Below, in pieces: positions 25,901 to 37,900 of a stretch of 64,000 nt of DNA. Each line of letters opens with the position of its first letter. The stretch's first letter is position 1. The stretch is from Macrostomum lignano (taxonomy: Eukaryota). The position numbers and the translations under genes were made by a program. Under the pieces are notes generated by a model, which did no database searches, was not told the origin of the DNA, and saw only the letters and a list, made by a program, of their open reading frames with translations. The DNA is taken from assembly GCA_002269645.1 (NCBI GenBank), contig NIVC01000158.1, forward strand, positions 434,001-498,000, read 5' to 3'.

Positions 25901-28900
25901 AGATAGCAAGCATCCCCCAGATAGCAAGCATGCCCCAGATGGCAAGCAACAGATATTTTTTTGCCTGCCTCGAAATTCAATAGGACTTGCCTCCGCTCTT
26001 GACTTTTCCAAGGAACTGTCCATCATGAATCGCTGATGCCTAAAACCGAACTCGTCATCAAACTAATCATCAAACCTTAATTGGCATAACGAAATCGCAA
26101 TATTACTGAAATTAAACGGGAAATGTGTACTTTACGCTCAGCAACCTCAGTAAAATCATGCTTATTTCCGCACTACACTTTTGCCCATCTCAGTTCACTC
26201 ATCTGGCCCAGATCCAGACCCGCGTTGGAAAGGAAAATTTCCCACTGGTTGAGCAGGCATTCTATCCGAAATATCAGGATTTGGTGAGCATTTATTCATC
26301 TAATGAGCTTTATCTGTTTGTTATGTTTTCGTTTCATCGCTATTGAGCATTAACAACCCTGACTAGCATTTGGGAATGGTTTTTCCTAAGGATGAATTGA
26401 ATAAAATTGAACTGATTGCCACGAAGAAGCTGGCTGGGCGGAATCCGAGTCGGCATAGGGAGCCAAAGTTGCGCTAAACAGCCTTTCGCTGGCCTCCTTC
26501 TCCACCCCTCAGTTCCTGGTCGGTGCAAGACAGCTCGCAATGGGCCAAGCCGAGACCGGCCCTTCTGGCCTTCAATTGAAAAGGCGGGAAAGATTATCGG
26601 GAAAGCGAGGGTCCAGCTAGCCAAAGCCCTCCTCTGTTCCCAGCAGGATTAGCCCAATTCTCCGGCAATCAAGCCCTGGTTCAGGAGGGAGCCGCATCCA
26701 GCTTCCCGTAGGATGGTTGGGAAACAGGCGAGAGATAGGAGTTAGGCTTTCCTCATCCGCGCTTAGATTGCCGCTATCGCGGGGCATCGCCCTATTCGTT
26801 ACCGGGGAGGGGGCTACTGGGTCCGGCTGCCTCGTGTACGCCCGCGCCAGGAGGATAGGCTGGCTGGGTAGCAAAGCCCGAGCGGGAAACCGACAGTTTG
26901 CACATCGTAAGCGGAAATCTGGAGCCTTACTTGAATACAGATTCGGCTCTCGCCTAAGATTCGAGAGGAGTCCCTGTGCCTCCCCCCCCCTCACCCCGAA
27001 TATGCCTCCTCGATCCGCGCCCCTCGTCAGCTATAGCTACCTTCACAGACAGCCAGAAAGGTTGAAGACGGAGGGAGGAGAGGGCCAGAAGGAAAGATAC
27101 ACAATGGAAGGCCAGCCAGATTTGACCCCCCTATGGCTGCTGACGCATATGAATCGCTATCTTCAAGCAGTTTCTGTCTCTCTTGTTATGAATACTCTAT
27201 GCCGCTATCCAATCGAGCGAACCAATATAATATAGTAACGGTACCTGGCAACACGCATGAGCCGTGCCCCCCCCCCATCACTACATAGGTCGATAGATAC
27301 AATGGCGCAAGCCTTCCAGGGCGAACGGGGCAGACCTTTAAGAAGAAGGAAAGAAGATGCATGCTATAGGGACGCTGCCAGCAGCGCAGTCTAGTGCACG
27401 AATACTTGATTTCGTCAGCAGTCTAAACGTGCCAGCGGCTGCCCCACCTGATTGAAAGTACTGCCAGTCATGTGCAGTAAAATTCGCCGCAAATTCAACA
27501 ATGCTTTTAAAAAATCAAACAGCAACACACGGATTTTAATTCTACATTTGCCGAAAACATGAAAAGAAAAACGAGTTGTCGCAGTCCCGGCCTTGTAGTG
27601 ACTACTTTGTGTATTTTTTATCTTTTACTTCTTAAGCGCAGACGGTGAGGAAAAGGATGGCTACAATTTGCAACAGTACGAACGAGAGGTTGCAGAAGCG
27701 GTTGCTTAAAATTGCGAGGTCAAATTGTGCAACTTTTGCTGTTGACAGATGTTTGAATGAAAAAAGTCGAGCACAACAATTAAAAACTGATTCAAACTTG
27801 ATAAGGTCGCTTCGAGAAATGGGATGGCAGTATCTAGAGACCGTAATGATTTGCTTTATGTAGTAGACAGTAATAAATGAGGTAAATAAGCAGCTGGTGA
27901 AACAGTGAGAAAAGTTAGGCGAAAGAGAAAAAATGTTTCAAATTTAGCAGTACATCTGTAGCGTCGGATGTATTAATGGAATGGGTCAGCGAGTCCGCCG
28001 CAGGTTCAAGTCGAACCCGGGCTGCGTATTTTAGCGATGGACGAAGAAAAGATCTACAGTTGTAAATAGAGAAAAGCTGGCAATTACAGATCTGACAAAA
28101 ACGCACTGAGTCTAGGTCGCTTGCTATGAGCCACATGAGCTTCCGTGATCCGTTTAGATAGCAGAGGTCGCATTATCTAGCAAAGTATCGGGTTGGAGAC
28201 CACAGTATCCTAACATTGCACAGGGTCAGAGAATGCAGTGCTATATCTTACCAAACCTATATTTTTAGTTAGTTTTACAGGCAGGGGGGCTGTGTGCACC
28301 CTGGCGCACTTTAAGCAGCCTTTGTCACAACCAGCGACAGGCACACACTCACACAGGAGTGTACCGTGGCACTAACTTTATTAATCGTTGTTGGGCATGT
28401 ACACATCACTGTACCTTGGGGGTTGGCCTTCAAGGCCGTTAATTGCACGAGCAGAGCCAAGCCGAGATTCTAATTTAGTCACAAATTAATGTGACTGCAC
28501 TTGGAATCGAGCCTGGGCCGCTGGCACATCAGAGCGCCACTCTTGACTACCATAGGCTACCGCACTCCTGAAGATATACCAATATCTTATTGGAAAAACC
28601 TGAAGGCATGGTTTTGACTATCTAAATTACTAGTTACGAACAAAGTTTTCAAGTTTTAACGCTCAGTTAGTTTCACGCGGCTAACTCAGTGCCACTACAC
28701 GAAATTTCTTACAAAAGAACACTGTCAAAAAACGGAGGAAAAGTCGGAGCGAAAAAAATGTAAGCAAAAATAGGCAAACAAGCAGTAGTACGGTACGAGT
28801 TTACGAGCAGTGGGGGACTTCTATTTTGTTCGCAGCGCTGCTACTGCAAACAGTTTTCTAGTCAACCGCTAAAATATTCCCACAGACTAACAAAATGAAC

Positions 28901-31900
28901 TGACGATAAGAAGCATTGTTTACAAAGATGTAGTACAGCTTTAAAGTACTTACTGCTCAGTATTGAACTAACCCTATTCAAAAGTCTACGAACTGGTCGA
29001 TGCGATAAGGCGTGTCCATGTGCTCAGTGCAGCTGTCAGCTTGCGCCCAGTTTCAAACGACAAAAAGACCTATATTTTGCGAACTGTTTGCTATACCAAT
29101 TATTCGAAAATAAACGATAGCAAATACTACAACGAAGGCGAGCAGTAAAATAAAATGGAACAGGAGATGGCGGTGCAGAGGACCATGACCAATATAGCTT
29201 GTGAGGTAGCAGATTATTGCTTATGTCTTTAGACATACAGCGCATAGCATGCGGGTAATAAATAAACAGCAGTATAAACAACGATTTGAGAGCGGCAAGC
29301 AGCCTAGGAACGATGGGTTCATTCCTTGTCGCATCTATGATTAACTATATAGATGATGCATGGCAAATCTGCTCAGAAAACAATGACGCAATCGTAATGC
29401 CGATGATTGGTGCATAAAGCAGGTTAACATAGGTTAGCTACAAATTGTCGCCTCTAAACTTCAGGGAGCAGCTGGGGCTAGCTGATGAGGTGGGAGTGGA
29501 CGGGAGTCTAGACTGCATCATCATGATTTCCAGCGCCAGATAAAAAAATTTACAAGATGCTTGTCTTTTCTATTTCCTGTAAGTCACTAATCTCGATCAT
29601 AGGTTTTTGATACTAAAAAATATTAAAAATTCTCAAAACTGTTTATTTAAACCTGATGCATAAAGCTGCGGCTCCCCAACAACAGCGGGGATTATATGCT
29701 TTCTAATCTGGGCGCTAAAAACCAGAATAGTATACAGAAGTTGCTTCGTTCGTTCTTGGCTAGGAAAATTGCAATTCTGTAGACCATATATATTGTATAA
29801 AAAATGAGACCTATACTGTATGCTTGCAAAGTCTTTCATATATGACGAAGCTACCGTAAAAATAGGCGCTCGTAATGGGTTTAGAAAAAGCGATAAGGGA
29901 GGGATCAGGCAAGTCAATTTAGTTGATGGGTGACTCTGCAATTCGAGGCATGGCAGAGCCGTTTGCTCAATCGCGAGGTTCGAAAAACACCTCCGAGATT
30001 ACGGTTTTGGATAGCTATTGAGTTGTGGCAGTGCTTATCCTCACGGTACCGGAAGAATAAGAACTGTCTTTCTTGACTTGTCGGGATTAATCAAATGGAA
30101 TTTTATTCTTATAATTGCTTAACTTCAAATTTTGAGTTGTATAAATAAACTTTACGGAGAATAATTTCGAATCACCCACGAGTTTAAGTATAGCATGCTT
30201 CACCCCTTGATGCCTTTCCAATTGGCTTCATACATCACATTGTTCTCCTGGCATTTCGTATAGTGACTCAAACTGGTCGTGTGCCATTCGCAGCGCCTGG
30301 CATAGGTGTACGGATTGTAGTGCATGGCGCAGTAGGCGTACCTGGGATAGCAGGCGCTGGGGTCCCTGTCCAGGTTGTACCGGCAGGTGACCATATCTGT
30401 GCTGCCGACCCGGTCTCCAAATGAAGCAATCTGCGTGATTGAAAGTGTGCTGTGCTTTATTTTGCTTTCATCTCATAATATGAGCTGTTTAGTTTCCTAA
30501 TAATTTGCTTCCTAATAATCAGTTTCTTAATCATTATTTGTTTAATCATTAGTTTCTTAATCATTAGTTTCTTAATCATTAGTTTCTTAATCATCAGTTT
30601 CTTAATCATTAGTTTCTTAATCATCAGTTTCTTAATCATTAGTTTCTTAATCATTAGTTTCTTAATCATTAGTTTCTTAATCATTAGTCTCTTAATCATT
30701 AGCTTCTTAATCATTAGTTTCTTAATCATTAGTTTCTTAATCATTAGTTTCTTAATCATTATTTGTTTAATCATTAGTCTCTTAATCATTAGTTTCTTAA
30801 TCATTAGTCTCTTAATCATTAGCTTCTTAATCATTAGTTTCTTAATCATTAGTTTCTTAATCATTAGTTTCTTAATCATTAGTCTCTTAATCATTAGTTT
30901 CTTAATCATTAGTTTCTTAATCATTAGCTTCTAAATCATTAGTTTATTAATCATTAGTCTCTTAATCATTAGCTTCTAAATCATTAGCTTCTAAATCATT
31001 AGTTTATTAATCATTAGTTTCTTAATCATTAGCTTCTTAATCATTAGCTTCTTAATCATTAGTTTCTTAAGCATTAGTCTCTTAATCATAAGCTTCTTAA
31101 TCATAAGCTTCTTAATCATTAGCTTCTTAATCATTAGTCTCTTGATCATTAGTCTCTTAATCATTAGTTTCTTAATCATTAGTTTCTTAATCATTAGTTT
31201 CTTAATCATAAGCTTCTTAATCATTAGTTTCTTAGTCGTGAGTTTCTTAATCATTAGTTTCTTAATCATAGAACTTTTCTAGTTTCATAAATTACGAAAT
31301 TTTTTGTTAACTGTATGGCAATGAAGATAATACCAAGCTGAGAAAATTAAAAATAATAAGTCAAAGTAGTTGATAGATCGTGTCTGTAAACTTTGTCTGC
31401 TAAGTGCTAAACAACAGTCCGTACCATGCACACAGCTATAGCCAAGCCATTAACCTGAAATTGTTTTCACTTTCAAAGTCGCTCGCTGCAGGACAGACAT
31501 CCAGTCTCCATAGCCGGGCATTAGAATGACTTGAAAACTATTGTTATTGTCGCATTGATATATGCATCGGACGTATCTATATCGTGCCGCTATCACTGCT
31601 CCCTGAATGTCACGCTGAAGTTAAAACGGGGGCAACCGCTGCCGCCAAGTCTAACAGTCGAACTCTGCGACCACCGGGTAACGGCGGTACTTCATTCTTA
31701 TCTGCGGCCCGGCCGGCCTCCCTACTAGTTTAGGTTGCTACCCTCAACCCCCCCCCACGTACCCAGCTCCTCCTTGAATCTCTTCCTCAGTTTCCGCAGC
31801 TTCTGTCTACCTACAGGCAGGGAGTCCGCTATAGCAGATTGGTACTGTTTAGCCTGTTGCACTGGCTGAGTCATCAATCAGGTTGGGAGGCCTGCTGCCC

Positions 31901-34900
31901 ACAGTAACCCTAAAATTTAGCGTTACAGTCTGGGGAAGGCCTGTTTACACTAGCGTTAAGCGAAACTGGGGTCGTCTTTCTTTTCTAGAGAAGATATATG
32001 CCGCACCGCCGCTCCACTGGGCTGGTTAATCTGACGCTGCAGCCACTGGGCCATTGGGACAACTAGGACCCAGTGCCTTCAAGCATTCTGGCTTGCTGCT
32101 CTGCTCTTACGGTGCCCCCTGTCTTTATCAGCTCAATGCTCCATCAAGTTTATATTTAGATAGCAGTCCCCATACGCGTACTCCAATATTTACGTCGAAA
32201 AAAGTGAAGAATTACTGATTATTACAATAAAAGTACTAAAAGACCTAATAACTGCATGGCTGCAACTATACTTGTCTGACCGTCTGTGTATATCTGTCTG
32301 TCTGGCTTGCAGTGACTGTCTGTCCTTTCACCTGATCCCCCTATACTACTGCCAATTAGTATGAATATTTATACTTGTAGCCGAGAACGCTACCGCAAGA
32401 TATTCATCCGTCTGTAACAGTCTTAAGCCACCAAGGACTGTCCATCAGTCATAACCAACTGTCTGCGTGCCAGTGCCACTATACCTGGATACCTGTTCCT
32501 CCATTGCCGCTATACCTAGGAGTCACTAGGCCTCTCTGCCCTCTTGTGTCTACTTTAGAATTTTCTGAAAATAACTTCCTTTCCTTTATCTATCTCTTTT
32601 TTACCACCTTCTAATGGAAAGACAGACAGTTAGATTGAGCGAGATCAAGTCGAGGGCGAGGTGTTTACACTAAAGCAATATGCCGGGTGTCAGTCAATGG
32701 GGGGGAGGGGGGTTGTCCCGCAGTTCCGAAAATGCAGGGCCTATATACAGTAGATGGACACGCAGGGCTCTGTTTGCGGTTTTAAGAATCAAGGTTCCGC
32801 CCCTAAATAATGCTGGATTAAGCGCGATTCGCTTAATTACTCTTGCCTTTTAGTGTGCAGGGCACACGCGCATTTCTGCTTTTGGGCCAAATATGTATAA
32901 AAATGCCACTGGCTTTGATTCGGCGCCAACCTCCCCCCTCCGTTTTCTTATCGAACGCACCCAGATAATTTCTCCCTAGATTTCTCCCTCTGCAGCCGGG
33001 GGGTGGGGTTACGGTCGAAGCGGAATTATTAGAACAGGATATGGTGGAATGTCTTAATGAGTGTGAGTGAAGAGAGCGATGGGATTTAGAGGGCTGCGCG
33101 AGATATTTTCGCCCGTGTGTGGCCTAAAAAGGCCTTACCTTTTGCAAGGTGTCAGATGCCAAACTCTTCCCCATTTTTACTTAGCAATATGCAGATTTTC
33201 TCTATTCATCCCAATCGCCTAGAACAGCAATTGCCGGTGCAGACAGTGCTGTAAAACAATCACTTTCCCAACTATCCTGCTGCTGGGAAAACATCTTCTT
33301 TAACCAACAGCTACAAGCAGTAGTAATCATCTGATTTACATCAAGTCCCTCAGTGTCATGAAGATACTTTCAAGTCAGAATTCAGCTCAGTGCGATTAGT
33401 TTACACATCAAATTGTTATCCTACCTGGCACTTGAGGCAGCTATTTTCATAGACACCGCCTCTCAGATATCTGGATTGAATATTGCTGACAAAGTTGCCT
33501 TTAAATGTCTTGGCCGTCACGCGTCTCTGGCGCTTTTTTGGCCAGAATGCGACCCAGCTGCACTTGGACAGAGCGGGCAGGCCGTAGCTGTTGAAGTTTC
33601 CTGGAAATCAGTTGGTTTCGAGCTGCAACACTGCATGACTGATGTGTCTGAGTAAACTATAAATCGATTGGTGTCGTCCTTGGAGGGTTCTGGGTAATCC
33701 CAGTGCAACTTGAGCAATCACCCGACGTTTGTTAATTTCATAGACACAAAAGGAAAACTCACCAGTGACCAGGTAGCTCTGCTGAATCCTTAGCCGCGTG
33801 GTGATCATGGACGCGTTCGGCTGTTTAATGTCGCCCAAGCCGCAGACGTCAGTGTTGCCATAGAATAGAAATCGAACCAAGCGTCCTTTTTGAAGAGATA
33901 GTCGCTAAAATTGAGATTTTGAGAACATTCAGACGAGTACGCTAATGAACACGCTAGTAGATAAAGGCTTGTACGAATGTTACGCTGCTCTTACCTGTAG
34001 CGTGTTGCGAAACACCGACTTGATTAGGACCTGGTAAAGGATTCCACTTTCGCTGCCGTCGTTTGACTGCCACCAACCGACGCTGCGTCGAATTTTCACC
34101 TTGAGCGCTGAAAGAGTTGGGCAATGGAATTTCGGGGCCAACTATAATTGTGTAGCCACACGCAACATTATGGTTTGGCATCTCGCTGGGCGCGAGAAAG
34201 CTTCTGCTCACCGAACTGGCTGGCGCAGAAGGCCTGCTGCGGGTGGTGCGGGTTGTGCGGCCGGCACGGGCAGCCCGGCCGACCGAAGCTGGAGAACTTG
34301 GCCGCCGCTGATAAAGCTGCGGTGGCTGACGAAGCTGACTGCGGCATCGCAGTTGCAGTGGACAGAGCCGCTGCTGAGAACAGGGCCAGACAGCAGCAGA
34401 TGCAGCTGAATAGAAGCTGCTGGTGGCCTTGAATTCTACTATTGCTTCGATTGTTGTCGCTCCTAGAAGCGGAGTTATGCACTGCTACTTGCTTTGATTC
34501 AGACAAAAGCAGATGCGGCTGCTGCGGCTGCTCCATCGCTCGTGGCAAGCAACATCGTCGCCGGTAACAATTACGGAGTCCGCCGCAAAGGCCGCTGCTG
34601 CCGCCGCCGCCGCCGCCGCCGCTGCCGCAGCAGCTGACAAAGTGGCGGCAGCGTCCGGTCAATGCTGACTGCGCCGCGACGCCTGCCAGGGAGGGCGCTT
34701 AATCGAATATTGTTGGGTTGCGGGGCGGGCGTTGGCTCAGGTGAGTCGCGAGAATCCCGGCCTTAGGGAAGCCTGTTGAAGGCTCCAAAGTGAAACAATT
34801 GAAGAGTATGAGATGCCAGCTGCGCGGAGGCTGGAGCAAGGCGAGCTCGGATGCAGTGAGAAAGAGATCAGTCCGAATGCGGAGAATGGCGGCGATTTCA

Positions 34901-37900
34901 ACTGAGGGGAATAAAGGAGAAATGGGGAAGAGAGAGAGAAAGGCCTCCCAAAGCGTGCTGGGGTTCTTGTTTACCAGAACGGGCGGTTGGGGAGGAGAGG
35001 GGTGGGAAAGCCCCAACCCCCAGTGTCCAGTCCCCAACTCCCAGTTCCCAGTTCCCAGTTCCCAGTCAAGCGATTCGCGCAACGGCAACCAAGCCAGCCA
35101 ACCTCTTGGCCAGCACCTCCCATACCCATATAATCCTCCTGGCCGCCTCCCCCTATCCAACTGTCTCTGTTTATGGCGCTCTCTGGCAGCAACTGGCACC
35201 ATAGATAGAAAAGCTGCACTTTCCTTGATTGGCTCCTAGGCCCTTTACAACCAATATTGTATTCAATTTTGCGTTTGAGGCAGTTTTTTTTATTCAACTG
35301 GTCTCAAAATTCAATATTGCTTTGGTTGTACGGACACTGAAACTGGTTGGCAATGCGCCAGCTGGGTGTGAGTGGGTGCTCAGGCGGAGGGGCAGAATAA
35401 AAATCGATATGAAAAGGGGATAGAATTGAAGAAATACCCCACCCCAACAACCCCGCGCCCTCTCACTGTGCGGTGACAAAGCTGTTTTTAATGCCGGTCC
35501 CCTGTCTGCCCGTTCTTTGACGGGGTCAAGAGCGGCCGCATGCGTGCAGTCATCCAGGGACCTCTTTTATATTGCACCTAGATTGGAAAGCCCCTATGCT
35601 ATTGTAAACCTTATGATGCCGTTGACACCACATATTCTAAAATTAGTTAATGAACTGGCTTTTCCTTTACCGGTAAATAATTAATTTGTTTATTCAATGT
35701 CCTATTGGCTTACGAAAAAACGAGGACTGAGACTGAATAAGTAGATCGGTGACTCATTGATTTTATGAATCTATTTTATCCTTCTCTGCTACACATTTTT
35801 CAGACACAATCCATAAGCTCCAAAAGAAAGATATGTACTTAAGATAAAAAAACATAGAATATTAATTTTCTAAACGAAAAGCTTTATGAATATCAATAGA
35901 GCTATAAGAAAGGCAAGTCATATCAAACTATCAACACAGGGTCTGCCTCCAATCAAAAGAAAAAACGAATTTTGTGCTGAAAATGAAAACTACGTCTCTT
36001 AGAAAATGTTTTTGAGGCTGGTTTTCACTACGGAGATAGGAAGTTTTCTTTTTCAGCACAAAAATTGTTATTGCTTTCAATAAGAGGCAGAGGCATCATT
36101 TTATATATTGTGCCTTTCTTATTGTTCTATCGATATTCATAAAGCTTCTCGTTCTGAAAGTTAAGATTCTATGTTAATTTTGTATTCTACTTACAGTGGT
36201 ACATGTCCTGTGCTTAAAAACCATTAAAATTCACGGCTTGGATCTTTGGTTTTATGAATCTATAATGACTTTTGTGCTGAATGAATAAAAAGTTCCCATC
36301 TCCTAAGTGTACTTTTAGCGAAAACCAGCCTCAGTAACAGTTTCCAAGAAATATAGTTCCCTCCTCCTACTTGAGTAGTCTTTGATTCATGCACATAAGA
36401 ACTGCCTTGCTAAGAATTAAATTAACAATAACGCGACTCATAAAAATTGCTTGATAATTGTTTCCAGAACATGTCTCACGACACCTACCCTCTGGTGATG
36501 AAGATCGGCCACGCTCATGGCGGCCTTGGCAAGGTAAGGCGCATCAATCACCTATACCCGTAGTCCAAATTTCGTAATCACATTTGGTTACACTGCTTTG
36601 GTCACAATGCTGACTCTCTCCCGGTGTGTTTTTTCTGAATGATCTACTCAGTTTTTTGAGACAAATTTCTTCCTGTTCAAGTCGCATTTTGGGTAAAACG
36701 TGCTTCATTTTATACGACTGCTCTATCCTAAACTTAAATACTAAGATTTTTCTGATAACATTTATATCTAGCTTGCTAGTCTACTGAAAGTAGTCAGAAA
36801 ATAATCCGGAAAGTCTATCGTTCCAACTTCCAATTTACTTTTATAGATTCGCCTCGCCAGACCAGACGAATTGCAGGATCTGTCGGGGGTGGTGGCCGTG
36901 GCAAATACTTACGCCACCACCGAGACTTTGGTGGACTCAAAATTTGACATTCACATACAGAAGATTGGAAATAATTACAAAGCCTTCCTGTGAGTTGCTG
37001 AACTGGGAACTGGGGGACTGGGGAACTGGGGAACTGGGAACTGGGGAACTGGGGAACTGGGGAACTGGGGAACTGGGAACTGGGAACTGGAGAACTGGGA
37101 ACTGGGGAACTGGGAACTGAGGGACTGGGAACTGGGGGACTGGGAACTGAGGGACTGGGAACTGGGGGACTGGGGAACTGGGGAACTGGGGAACTAGGGG
37201 ACTGGGAACTGGGGGACTGGGGAATTGGGGAACTGGGGAACTGGGGAACTGGGGAACTGGGAACTGGAGAACTGGGAACTGGGGAACTGGGAACTGGAGA
37301 ACTGGGAACTGGGGAACTGGGAACTGAGGGACTGGGAACTGGGGGACTGAGAACTGGGAAACTGGGAACTGGGAACTGGGGGACTGAGAACTGGGAAACT
37401 GGGAACTGGGGACTGGGGAACTGGGAACTGGGAACTGGGGACTGGGAACTGGGGGACTGGGGAATTGGGGAACTGGGGAACTGGGGAACTGGGGAACTGG
37501 GAACTGGAGAACTGGGAACTGGGGAACTGGGAACTGAGGGACTGGGAACTGGGGGACTGAGAACTGGGAAACTGGGAACTGGGGACTGGGGAACTGGGAA
37601 CTGGGAACTGGGGAACTGGGAACTGGGGAACTGGGAACTGAGGGACTGGGAACTGGGGGACTGGGAACTGAGGGACTGGGAACTGGGGGACTGGGGAACT
37701 GGGGAACTGGGGAACTAGGGGACTGGGAACTGGGGGACTGGGGAACTGGGGAACTGGGGAACTGGGGAACTGGGGAACTGGGGAACTGGGAACTGGGGAA
37801 CTGGGAACTGAGGGACTGGGAACTGGGGGACTGGGAACTGAGGGACTGGGAACTGGGGGACTGGGGAACTGGGGAACTGGGGAACTAGGGGACTGGGAAC

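Noticed and set aside
26413-27253. GC-rich segment with TG...CA-like ends, a possible solo LTR
   Set aside because: No TSD and no second copy in the window, so it cannot be supported.
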